Below, piece by piece: positions 18,159 through 27,160 of a stretch of 32,000 nucleotides of DNA. The stretch's first letter is position 1; every line of letters begins with the position of its first letter. Made by a program: the position numbers and the translations under genes. The DNA is from Mycoplasmatota bacterium. GTDB taxonomy: Bacteria; Bacillota_I; Bacilli_A; MAG-NZ. A model generated the notes under the pieces. The model made no database searches. It was not told the origin of the DNA and saw only the letters and a list, made by a program, of their open reading frames with translations. Location of the stretch: the NCBI GenBank assembly GCA_018394315.1, contig CP074575.1, forward strand, positions 1,116,615 through 1,148,614, given 5' to 3'.

Positions 18159-18806
18159 ATGAATAGTGATTTAAAGAAGTATTTTCCGATAGCTGATTTT
18201 ATCGCTGCTATAAGTGGAAATAAAACCGAGGTATTAATTCATGATTTGAGTTGCCTCGATAAATCTATTATTTACATTGTAAACGGTGAAGTTACAAATA
18301 GAACTATTGGTGGTACAATTACAAAATTGGCAATGGAACTTATTCACGAAGGTCAAACTACCAACCAACCTAGTACTGTAAATTACTTAGGGACAACTAA
18401 TAAGGGAAAGAATATATTACGTTCTTCAACATATTTTATTAGAGATGAAAATGGAGTTGCGATAGGTCTTTTGTGTGTAAATACTGATATTACTACTCTA
18501 CTGAAAATGAGAAAGGCTGTTGATGATCTGTTAATAGTTGACGACAAAATAAGTAAGAATAGCGATGTACCAACAATAATTGAAAGATTTGATGGCACGG
18601 TCGACGAAATAATTAAAGAGACTATCAATAGTGTGATTTTCGAATACGGTAAAGGTGAGACATCTTCAGAGAAGTTTAAACTAGTAGAAATGCTAGAAAA
18701 AAAAGGTGTTTTCAAGTTTAAAGGCTCTGTTGATATTGTAGCTGTGGCTCTTGAGGTTTCAATCCAGAGCGTTTACAGATACATAAAGTCAATTAAGGGA
18801 AGGTAA
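18159..18806 (+). CDS. YheO/DauR-like transcriptional regulator (PAS-like sensor plus C-terminal HTH)
   Basis: 215 aa, colinear with the E. coli YheO pattern: EVLIHDL..., IGLLCVNTDI, EKKGVFKFKGSVDIVAVALEVSIQSVYRYIK. Confidence 0.75.
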   Translation: MNSDLKKYFPIADFIAAISGNKTEVLIHDLSCLDKSIIYIVNGEVTNRTIGGTITKLAMELIHEGQTTNQPSTVNYLGTTNKGKNILRSSTYFIRDENGVAIGLLCVNTDITTLLKMRKAVDDLLIVDDKISKNSDVPTIIERFDGTVDEIIKETINSVIFEYGKGETSSEKFKLVEMLEKKGVFKFKGSVDIVAVALEVSIQSVYRYIKSIKGR

Positions 18807-18811
18807 GTTAT

Positions 18812-20026
18812 ATGATTAAGCATAAAATGATTGAACGTTATTCTAAACTTAAAGGTGGGTTATTTGATAAAGTTACTAAAGCAGATGTAGGTGATGGAGT
18901 TATGAAACTCTTGGAAGATGGAGTAGATATCTTAGCGTGGGCTGATCCATTTTTCCCTGATCCTTCAATCCCTAAATCTGTCCAAAAAGTTATGATAGAT
19001 GCGATTAAAGATGGATTCCCATCTCACTACTCAATGCCTATTGGTATGGTGGAACTAAGAGAAGCGATTGCTAGTAAGGTGAGCAAACAAACTGGTCTAG
19101 AAATAAATCCCAGTAGGAACGTAATTGTTACTCCAGGATCTGATACTGCATTATTGTATTCTATGATGCCTTTTATAGGTGAAGGTGACGAAGTTTTGGT
19201 ACCTGATCCAAGCTATCCAAGTAATTTTTTGAATCCAGAATTGTTAGGTGGAGTTACTGTTCGAGTACCACTATACGAAGAGGATAACTATGCCTTTAGA
19301 ATTGAAGAATTCGAAAAGAGAGTTACAGACAAAACAAAGCTAGTATTAATCACGCATCCGAACAACCCAACTACTACTGTCTTTAGACGTGAAAACATTA
19401 TAGAGTTATGTGATTTTGTTAAAAAACATGATTTAGTTTTGGTATCAGACCAAGCATTTGAGGATCATATATTTGACGGAATTGAATTTGTACATCCCGC
19501 TACAATTGATGGTATGTGGGAGAGAACTCTAACGGTATGCTCTATATCTAAAGGAATTGGGTTGAGTGGATTTAGAATAGGTTATATTTATGCAACAGAT
19601 GAAATTATGGATGTTCTTTATGGTGGAGCAGTTAATGTACTTGGTGCAGCAACCACAATCACTTCTTTGGGTGCAGTTACAGCTATTGAGGATACAAAAT
19701 ATCTAGAAATTGTATTTAAGAAATTTGACCGTAGACGAAAAATGGTTTATGAACTATTTAGTGGAATGGACAATGTGAGTATGAAGATGTCTGAAAGTGG
19801 ATTCTTAACATGGTTAGATATTTCAAAATTAGGAACAAGTGATGAGATCACTGCATACTTACTTAAGGAAGCAAATGTATTAGTAAATTCTGGGGCAGCT
19901 TACGGAAAGCAAGGAGAAGGTCATATCAGAATTGTTACAGGTTGTTTCGAAAGTGATGATAAAGCTAATAAAGTATTTACAAAAATAAAGAATGCGTTGA
20001 TAAACTTTAACAAAAAAAACCTTTAA
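18812..20026 (+). CDS. PLP-dependent class I/II aminotransferase
   Basis: 404 aa. Motifs HPNNPT and the PLP-lysine motif SISKGIGLSGFRIGY, plus GEGHIRI near the C-terminus. Confidence 0.85.
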   Translation: MIKHKMIERYSKLKGGLFDKVTKADVGDGVMKLLEDGVDILAWADPFFPDPSIPKSVQKVMIDAIKDGFPSHYSMPIGMVELREAIASKVSKQTGLEINPSRNVIVTPGSDTALLYSMMPFIGEGDEVLVPDPSYPSNFLNPELLGGVTVRVPLYEEDNYAFRIEEFEKRVTDKTKLVLITHPNNPTTTVFRRENIIELCDFVKKHDLVLVSDQAFEDHIFDGIEFVHPATIDGMWERTLTVCSISKGIGLSGFRIGYIYATDEIMDVLYGGAVNVLGAATTITSLGAVTAIEDTKYLEIVFKKFDRRRKMVYELFSGMDNVSMKMSESGFLTWLDISKLGTSDEITAYLLKEANVLVNSGAAYGKQGEGHIRIVTGCFESDDKANKVFTKIKNALINFNKKNL

Positions 20027-20038
20027 AAAGGTTTTTTT
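20013..20038. terminator. Bidirectional A/U-rich hairpin shared by convergent genes
   Basis: AAAAAAACCTT / AAGGTTTTTTT, 11-bp stem with only 2 G-C pairs. It contains the stop codons of both convergent genes, with A and T runs on either side. Confidence 0.4.
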
Positions 20039-21362
20039 AATATATAATATGTAATTTTTGTTGTCTACCACCAAGAAACTCGACTTTATTATTTATGAAT
20101 ACAACTTCTATTTCTTGACCATACATTATTATTTGATTATTCCAAGAGGGAACTTCCTCGCGAATATTTAATTCCATAGCGTATAGAGTATTATCGAATA
20201 ATTTATATTCACCCATTCCCTTAACAAATTTTTGATTTGTGAATGAACCAATAGTTGGACCAGGTCCATGTCCAAACAAGCCAATCGGGTGTGTATAAAT
20301 CATTGGTCTTTTGATACCTTTTCCTTTTGCAACAGTTAATGCATTTTGTAATATCTCATTTCCAGTCATACCAAGTTTAAAACTATCTGCTAATATGTTC
20401 TGTAAATCCATTGCTATATTATGTATGCCTTCAAGTTCCTTAATTAGCTGTTCATCGTTTTCACCCTTAACATATGCCATTTCTTGAACATCAGAACATA
20501 ATCCAGCATATTCAAATCCAAAATCACAGTGAAGCAAATCACCTTTTTTTATTACTTCTGAATCAGAATCAAGATGAGGGTGACCATTTCGTCTTATCCA
20601 AACAGTAGCGCTAAACCAGGGAATTCCATAAAGTTCCATTGCCCTTTCCATTAAGAAAAAACGAGCTTGACCTAATGTGGTTTTACCTGGGGTAATAACT
20701 TTGCGTGAATAACATTCTAAGATTATTTCTCGTGTTAATTTAACGATTGATTTAACAACATCAAGCTCAAGCTCAGTTCTAGTTTCAAGCCACCTTAAAG
20801 CCATATTTTCTCCAGAACTAATCTTATCATGATGTATATTGTCAATACAGTCTAGTAAGAAATCATAATTCGTTTTGCTTAATCCATCTGAGAACGGTGT
20901 AAGTGTGGAGACGTCAATAGAGATTTTTTCTGGATTTATTTCGTTCACAATTCTCTTAATACATGCTTTCTCGTCCTCAACTGGAAGACTTCTAATCATA
21001 TCTAAATCATAACCTGATTGAAATGTGTTATAAAACATTTCAAAATCAAATAAAGGCGGTTTTAGAAGTATGGGAGTATAAAAATTAGCGATTGTGAAAT
21101 CGGGCTTTGAGACTATGTATCGTTTTAACTCATTGTCTTGATAAACAAAGATAAAAATAGCTTTTCTTCTTGCATGAAAAAAACTACTAGGTAACAATGA
21201 GCGAATAGTAGGACCTTCGTTATATTCGTCTCCAATAACTATCCACATGTCTGTATCTGTTTCTTTCATTAGTTCTGGTAAAAGTTCTTCAAGTCTATGT
21301 TTTAATAATTTATCTCTTAATTCAAATTGGTCTTGTAAATTTATCACGTGTTTTTTATTCAT
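20037..21362 (-). CDS. M24-family metallopeptidase, long divergent subtype (group I, copy 3)
   Basis: 441 aa, colinear with the 5473 and 8062 products. Shared motifs include MWIVIGDEYNEGP, RWLETR, LLHCDFGFEYAGLCSD, YTHPIGLFGHGPGP, YAMELN and GQEIEV. GAGGGAG SD on the minus strand. Confidence 0.8.
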   Translation of the reverse strand: MNKKHVINLQDQFELRDKLLKHRLEELLPELMKETDTDMWIVIGDEYNEGPTIRSLLPSSFFHARRKAIFIFVYQDNELKRYIVSKPDFTIANFYTPILLKPPLFDFEMFYNTFQSGYDLDMIRSLPVEDEKACIKRIVNEINPEKISIDVSTLTPFSDGLSKTNYDFLLDCIDNIHHDKISSGENMALRWLETRTELELDVVKSIVKLTREIILECYSRKVITPGKTTLGQARFFLMERAMELYGIPWFSATVWIRRNGHPHLDSDSEVIKKGDLLHCDFGFEYAGLCSDVQEMAYVKGENDEQLIKELEGIHNIAMDLQNILADSFKLGMTGNEILQNALTVAKGKGIKRPMIYTHPIGLFGHGPGPTIGSFTNQKFVKGMGEYKLFDNTLYAMELNIREEVPSWNNQIIMYGQEIEVVFINNKVEFLGGRQQKLHIIY

Positions 21363-21743
21363 ATGTCTTATGCTCCCTCAATTATTATTTCGTTTTATAT
21401 TGTAAATAATGATCATAATACCTTGAAAAGACTCCAAAAGATAGTAATATTAATTCACTAGAAAGTTACTTTAATTATACCATATTATTCCTTTAAAAAG
21501 AGCACTGGAATCAGTGATTCTTTAGCTTAAAATCAGCAGCATAAGTATTTATTGTATTACGAAAACTATTATTAAAAAGAAGTGGTAGAATTAACTATCT
21601 TTCGAAAAATTAGAAATAAAATTTGAAATTTAAAATGGCATCTTAGATACATTTTGACTGTTTGTGCAATATGAAAAGAATTGTGCAAATAGTTGTTATT
21701 GTCTATTGCTAAGTTCTATTAGATAATTAATGAGGAGAGTACT

Positions 21744-23672
21744 ATGAAAACAAGAGAGAATGATATAATATATTTCATATTAGAAAAAGAGGTAGTTTCC
21801 TTTGAAGTTTTACTTAATCAACTTAATGTTTCCAAAAGAACATTATACTATGATATAGCCAGTATTAATAAAAAGTTGGATGGAATATGTACAATTATTA
21901 AGGTGAATAAGAAACTCCGTATTGTTGGAGATATTTCAAAATTAAAGTTTGTACTAAGAGAAGATGATAATAATAATTATGAAAAATACTTAGATTATAA
22001 TTTTAGAAAAGAATTTATATTAGATGAACTATTAAAGAATAAAAATATGAGTTTAGATTCACTATGTAAAAATATGCTTGTAAGTAAATCTACGATTGTT
22101 CAAACAATAAATAGATTGAAGGAAGAGCTATTAACAGATGATATTAATTTGACATATGAAAAGGGGTATCATCTTACTGGTGATGAGATAAAAATAAGAG
22201 ACTTATACTTAACCATAAATATGTCGCCAGATATAAACAAAAGTGTTAATGACGGAACTTATTTGTTTGATTCCCTTTTCAATCTTAAGTTGACTGACAA
22301 TTCTAAATGTTTGTTAAGTGAGTTTATTGCATTTTTGCAATCAAGATATGATCAGCAGCATATTTTATCATCTTATTCCATATATTCAGATGCTATAGAG
22401 TTGAGTTACTACAATGAAGTCGATATGCTCTTTGATGAAGAAATTAGCGAATTCGAAAAAGCTTATGTTTCAGCATATATCAGTTCATTACCTAGTCTAA
22501 ACTCTACAATAGAAGAGAATAGAATTAATCTACTAGTTGATAAGTTAATTGATCAACTTGAACAAAAACTTTCAATAGTTATTGAGAATAAAACTGAGTG
22601 TAGAGAAAGTATTGCAAGGCACTTATATTCATCTTTCAATAGAATAAAGTATCGATTTCCAGTTTTTAATCCTTTGCTAAAGGAAATAAGAATGAAATAT
22701 AAATCGATATATATAATAACAGAAATGATCTTTAGAAAGAATTCCCTATTTCCAGAATTTGAGAAAATAAGGGATGAAGAAATTGCTTTTGTAGTTTCTT
22801 ATTTAGGGGCCTACATATATAAGGAGAATATAGAAGATAATAAATCTCTCAAAACTGTAATCGTTTGTCCAAATGGATTAACTGTATCAAAAACGATTGA
22901 ATATCAAGTACAAAGATATTTTCCTTCCATAGAAATAGTTGCCTCAATTCCAATATCACAAATAGATAATTTAGATAGGGAGTTTGACTTTATAATTTCT
23001 ACGATTAAGTTGGAAGGTTATGAAAATGTAATTGTTGTAAATCCTCTTCTAAGGAAATATGACTTCGATCAAATAAAGAAAAGAATATCTACTCAAGATT
23101 ATTGTTCAAGACATACTGATATAGAGGAAGTTATAAAGACTGTTAGGAAGTACGCAAATATAACTAATGAAAAAGGTTTAAGGCAAGAATTATATAATTC
23201 AATTTATGAGATAGATAATAGAGGGGGATATCCAATGTTAAAGGAATTACTTACCAAAAATAGAATTCAAATACTAGATGAGATTACTAATTGGCAAAAG
23301 GCAATTGAAGTTGCTGCTCATCCTTTGTTAAATGAAGGTGTAATAGAAGAGCGATATATCGAGGCTATGGTGGAGAGCGTTATCAAGTATGGTCCATATA
23401 TTGTTCTGACAGACAAATTTGCGCTTGCTCATTCAAGACCTGAGAGTGGTGTAAATAAATTATCAATGTCATTACTTAAATTAAACAAACCAGTAGATTT
23501 ACTTGGTAAAGAGGTCAATTTGATAGTAGTGTTAGCGGCTACTGATAATAAATCACATTTAGAAGCTTTAGCATCTTTATCAGAATTAATGATGGAAAAA
23601 GAAAATATTGAATCTATTATCAATTCTGATACGAAAGATAAAATTTTAGAGTTGATAAATATTTATTCTTAG
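21744..23672 (+). CDS. PRD-containing PTS-controlled transcriptional regulator (MtlR/LicR/ManR-like: HTH, PRD, EIIB-like, EIIA-2 domains)
   Basis: 642 aa. N-terminal winged HTH (VSKRTLYYDIASINKKL) and a second HTH-like segment. Mid-region is PRD-like. EIIB-like Cys loop VIVCPNGLTVS. The C-terminal ~140 aa is a PTS EIIA type-2 pattern (FALAHSRPE ... LIVVLAATD). Confidence 0.85.
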   Translation: MKTRENDIIYFILEKEVVSFEVLLNQLNVSKRTLYYDIASINKKLDGICTIIKVNKKLRIVGDISKLKFVLREDDNNNYEKYLDYNFRKEFILDELLKNKNMSLDSLCKNMLVSKSTIVQTINRLKEELLTDDINLTYEKGYHLTGDEIKIRDLYLTINMSPDINKSVNDGTYLFDSLFNLKLTDNSKCLLSEFIAFLQSRYDQQHILSSYSIYSDAIELSYYNEVDMLFDEEISEFEKAYVSAYISSLPSLNSTIEENRINLLVDKLIDQLEQKLSIVIENKTECRESIARHLYSSFNRIKYRFPVFNPLLKEIRMKYKSIYIITEMIFRKNSLFPEFEKIRDEEIAFVVSYLGAYIYKENIEDNKSLKTVIVCPNGLTVSKTIEYQVQRYFPSIEIVASIPISQIDNLDREFDFIISTIKLEGYENVIVVNPLLRKYDFDQIKKRISTQDYCSRHTDIEEVIKTVRKYANITNEKGLRQELYNSIYEIDNRGGYPMLKELLTKNRIQILDEITNWQKAIEVAAHPLLNEGVIEERYIEAMVESVIKYGPYIVLTDKFALAHSRPESGVNKLSMSLLKLNKPVDLLGKEVNLIVVLAATDNKSHLEALASLSELMMEKENIESIINSDTKDKILELINIYS

Positions 23673-23684
23673 GGAGGTGAAAGA

Positions 23685-23963
23685 ATGAAAATACTAGCTG
23701 TATGCGGATTTGGTGTTGGGTCATCAATGGTTTTGAAGATGACAATTGATAAGGCTTGTCGCCAACTTGGAGTAGATGCTGAGGTAGAGAATACCGATCT
23801 AACTTCAGCTAGGGGTGTCAGATGTGATGCAATATTTACATCATTTGAACTTGCGGAAGAATTAGCAAGTTCGGTAAAAGTGCCTCTATATCCAATAAAA
23901 AAATATATGGATTTAGAGGAAGTGAAAGAATCAGTTGAAAAACTAATTAGGAGGGAAATTTAA
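23685..23963 (+). CDS. PTS EIIB component, ascorbate/lactose-type (UlaB/SgaB-like)
   Basis: 92 aa with N-terminal phospho-Cys loop MKILAVCGFGVGSS. GGGAGG SD. Confidence 0.85.
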   Translation: MKILAVCGFGVGSSMVLKMTIDKACRQLGVDAEVENTDLTSARGVRCDAIFTSFELAEELASSVKVPLYPIKKYMDLEEVKESVEKLIRREI

Positions 23964-25216
23964 TGACATTTATTATTGACAACATTTTTAGAAATCCACC
24001 AATTTTGTTAGCGTTGATCGCTGCATTAGGATTAATATTACAAAAGAAATCAATTGGAGACGTTATCAAGGGTTCACTACTAGCCGCACTAGGTATGTAT
24101 ATTTTACAAAAGGGTGTTGGGCTACTAGTAACTGCAATTTTACCTGTTAACATTTTAGTTCAAGGTATGAGTGAAGGCGGAAATACTCAAGGATTAGCGG
24201 ATGTATTTACAGCTGAGTTCGGAGGGCAAGTCGGTATGGCTATGCTGATTGGACTTGCTATTCACTTGTTAATTGCTAGATTTACTAAATTTAAAGTAAT
24301 TTTCTTAACTGGTCACTTCCTATGGTGGTTCCCGTTTATCTTTATCGCTGCAGGTGTTGAAGCGGGTCTTACTGGAGCAGTATTAGTTGGTTTTGGTGCT
24401 ATTACATCAGCATTATACTGGTCAATTATGCCTTGGATACTACGCAAGTACGTATCAGATGTTACTGGTGACGACTCGTTCACTTTAGGACATCCTTCTG
24501 GAATTTTATCATTGATTTCAGGGAAAATTGCAAAAGTATTCGGTAACAAAGAAAAATCTACAGAAGACTTAAATCTGCCAAAAGGATTATCTTTCTTTAA
24601 AGAAGTATCAATCACTGGTGGAATCACACTGTTCTTAATGTTCTTAATCTTAGGATTAACAGTAGATGGAGCATTTGCAGATGTTGGTAAACCTCTTTTC
24701 TTCTATGCTTTTGATCAAGGATTAATGTTCGGTGGAGGATTAATTATATTACTACAAGGTGTTAGAATGTTAGTAAATCAAATTATTCCTGCATTCCAAG
24801 GTATCTCAGAAAAATTAGTACCAAAAGCAATTCCAGCATTAGATTGTCCAATTTTATTTAATTATAAACCAAATGCTGCAATGATAGGATTTATTGTTGC
24901 AATGATTTTATCAACAGTATTAGTATTAATTTCAAATGCTACTGGTTTATTTGGAGTGATTTTAATTCCTTTAGTAATCACAAGTTTCTTTGAGTGTGGT
25001 ACAGCCGCAGTAATTGGAGAAGGACAAGGTGGATTAAAAGGTGCAATTGTAGGAACATCTGTTGCTGCAGTAGCGATGGTTGCTTTTGTTGGGATTTCAG
25101 CAATAGTATATTCGACTACAATCCAAGACTGGCTACTTATCTTCGGTGGTAATGGATTATCGTTCTTTGGATCAATTGCTAAGTTCTTTGCTGATTTATT
25201 TGCGATGATATTTTAA
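23963..25216 (+). CDS. PTS EIIC component, L-ascorbate family (UlaA/SgaT-like)
   Basis: 417 aa, polytopic, colinear with E. coli UlaA. Shared motifs: LTGH, EDLNLPKGL, LLQGVRMLVNQIIPAFQGISEKLVPKAIPALDC, YKPNA. Confidence 0.85.
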   Translation: MTFIIDNIFRNPPILLALIAALGLILQKKSIGDVIKGSLLAALGMYILQKGVGLLVTAILPVNILVQGMSEGGNTQGLADVFTAEFGGQVGMAMLIGLAIHLLIARFTKFKVIFLTGHFLWWFPFIFIAAGVEAGLTGAVLVGFGAITSALYWSIMPWILRKYVSDVTGDDSFTLGHPSGILSLISGKIAKVFGNKEKSTEDLNLPKGLSFFKEVSITGGITLFLMFLILGLTVDGAFADVGKPLFFYAFDQGLMFGGGLIILLQGVRMLVNQIIPAFQGISEKLVPKAIPALDCPILFNYKPNAAMIGFIVAMILSTVLVLISNATGLFGVILIPLVITSFFECGTAAVIGEGQGGLKGAIVGTSVAAVAMVAFVGISAIVYSTTIQDWLLIFGGNGLSFFGSIAKFFADLFAMIF

Positions 25217-25220
25217 TTAA

Positions 25221-25955
25221 ATGAATTTTAAATATATAGAAAAGATTCAAAAGGTTCTCAAGGAAATTGATGATTTAGAGAAAGATAATATTAGTGAAGC
25301 GATAAATTTATTTGTTGATGCAATTATAAAGAAGAATAACACTTTTGTTTTCGGTGCAAGTCATGCGGGAATTATTTCAGAGGAATTATTTTACCGCGCA
25401 GGGGGACTTGCAGTAATTAATCCAATATTTGAGCCATCTATAATGTTAAATGTAAGACCAATTACCTCTACATCAAAGATGGAAAGATTAGAAGGGTACG
25501 GTACTCTAATAGCTAATAAGACACCAATTACTAAAGGGGATGTTCTGTTGGTTCATTCTGTATCTGGTCGAAATCCTGTTACGATAGAACTTGCGATAAG
25601 GGCAAAAGAAATGGGAGCAAAAATAGTTGCAATTACCAACATAAAGTATTCTTCTTCAGTAGAATCAAGACATTCATCTAAACTAAAACTGATGGATGTA
25701 GCAGATTTAGTTATTGACAATCATGGAGAACTTGGAGATGCGTGTATCGAGATTGATGGATTAGAACAGAAGGTATCTCCTACTTCCACAGTAGTAAGTG
25801 CTTCAATTGCAAACACAATAGTTTCAGAAGTTGCTAGATTGTTAATGGAAAAGGGCATCACACCACCAATTTTCTTTAGTGCGAATATCGATGGTGGAGA
25901 TAAACACAATGAATTAATTTTTGAAAAGTACAAAGATATGATTCATTATCTTTAA
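25221..25955 (+). CDS. SIS (sugar isomerase) domain protein, UPF0309-like
   Basis: 244 aa. Has a SIS phosphosugar-binding pattern (FVFGASHAG ... LVHSVSGRN ... AITN). No clear SD; the start is 4 nt after the EIIC stop. Confidence 0.7.
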   Translation: MNFKYIEKIQKVLKEIDDLEKDNISEAINLFVDAIIKKNNTFVFGASHAGIISEELFYRAGGLAVINPIFEPSIMLNVRPITSTSKMERLEGYGTLIANKTPITKGDVLLVHSVSGRNPVTIELAIRAKEMGAKIVAITNIKYSSSVESRHSSKLKLMDVADLVIDNHGELGDACIEIDGLEQKVSPTSTVVSASIANTIVSEVARLLMEKGITPPIFFSANIDGGDKHNELIFEKYKDMIHYL

Positions 25956-25977
25956 AACGAGGGCAACCTCGTTTTTC
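25954..25977 (+). terminator. Intra-operon rho-independent hairpin (partial terminator/attenuator)
   Basis: AAAACGAGG / CCTCGTTTT stem with GCAA tetraloop and a U-run, starting in the SIS stop codon, 38 nt before nagA. Confidence 0.6.
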
Positions 25978-26014
25978 AAAGCCAATAATTAATCAAGTAT
26001 AGAGGTGTAAAAAG

Positions 26015-27160
26015 ATGAAAAATCAGGACATTATTCTGAAAAATGGTAGATTAGTTACTGAAAATGGTATAGTAGATAACTCTTACGTTGTTGCAAAAGA
26101 TGGAAAAATTATTGAAATAGGAACATATTATTCTAAAGATGATGGAGTTGACCTACAGGGGAATTTTATTTTACCAGGCTTTATAGATCAACACACACAC
26201 GGTGGATATGGATGTGACTTTTCATCAAAAGAAGAGGTTATGAATTTTAGTGAAAATTTAATTAAAGAAGGGGTAACCTCTTATCTCCCTACAATTATGA
26301 CTTTACCTACTAAAAGAATCAAAGAAACAGTAGATATAATTTATAATTGTCGTAATTCACAAAGGGGAAGTAACGTATTGGGTGTACATTTAGAGGGGCC
26401 ATTCATCTCGTCTAAATATAAAGGCGCTCAAAATGAAGACTATATAATCCCTCCGAATTTTGAAATCCTAAAGGACATCTTTAAGGGTAAAGAAGATTTT
26501 CGTAAAATATTAACATATGCACCTGAAGAGGCAACTTTAGAGTTCACAAGTCTAGTTAATGAATTAGGGATAGTACCAAGTGTGGGGCATTCTAATGCTG
26601 ATTTAGAAACAATAAGAAGTCATATGAATAGTGGCCTTAAGTCGATAACTCATTTTCAAAATTCTCATTCTCCACATCACCATAGAGAGCCAGGAATAAC
26701 TTCTGCAGGCTTCTTATTTGATATTTATACCGAACTGATTGTAGATGGAATTCACATAAACAAGGATATTGTCAAAATGATTTATAAGATTAAAGGAAGA
26801 GACCGAATTATTCTTGTTACTGATTCAATTCATGTTAAGGGATTGGATGATGGGAAATACTGTTTATCTGGACAAGAAGTAATCAAAAAGTCTAATGAAG
26901 TCAGACTAAGTTCTGGGTCTTTATCAGGTAGTATTCTAAAAATGAACGACGCTATCAAGAATATGATGAAATTTACTGGTTGTTCTATCAATGATATTAT
27001 GATAATGGCTTCAAAGAATCCTGCTGAATTGCTAAATGTGAATAAAGGAAAAGTAGAAGTAGGGTTTGATGCTGATATAACCATATTGGATAGTGAGTTT
27101 AATGTTGAAATGGTAATTGTTGGTGGAATAGAGAAATATGGTGTATACAATGAAAATTAA
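26015..27160 (+). CDS. nagA: N-acetylglucosamine-6-phosphate deacetylase
   Basis: 381 aa. Motifs LPGFIDQHTHGGYG, GVHLEGPF, SVGHSNA, ITHFQN and LVTDS, matching the NagA amidohydrolase pattern. Confidence 0.9.
   Translation: MKNQDIILKNGRLVTENGIVDNSYVVAKDGKIIEIGTYYSKDDGVDLQGNFILPGFIDQHTHGGYGCDFSSKEEVMNFSENLIKEGVTSYLPTIMTLPTKRIKETVDIIYNCRNSQRGSNVLGVHLEGPFISSKYKGAQNEDYIIPPNFEILKDIFKGKEDFRKILTYAPEEATLEFTSLVNELGIVPSVGHSNADLETIRSHMNSGLKSITHFQNSHSPHHHREPGITSAGFLFDIYTELIVDGIHINKDIVKMIYKIKGRDRIILVTDSIHVKGLDDGKYCLSGQEVIKKSNEVRLSSGSLSGSILKMNDAIKNMMKFTGCSINDIMIMASKNPAELLNVNKGKVEVGFDADITILDSEFNVEMVIVGGIEKYGVYNEN

Noticed and set aside
21699-21727. TTGTCT-17 nt-GATAAT promoter-like match upstream of the PTS regulator.
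   Set aside because: The predicted +1 would fall within or after the GAGGAG SD of the regulator gene, so I did not annotate it. The true promoter remains unresolved.
25975-26003. TTCAAA-17 nt-TATAGA promoter-like match upstream of nagA.
   Set aside because: The -10 box overlaps the nagA SD (AGAGGTG), so the predicted start would lie downstream of the ribosome-binding site. It is probably a chance match in AT-rich DNA.
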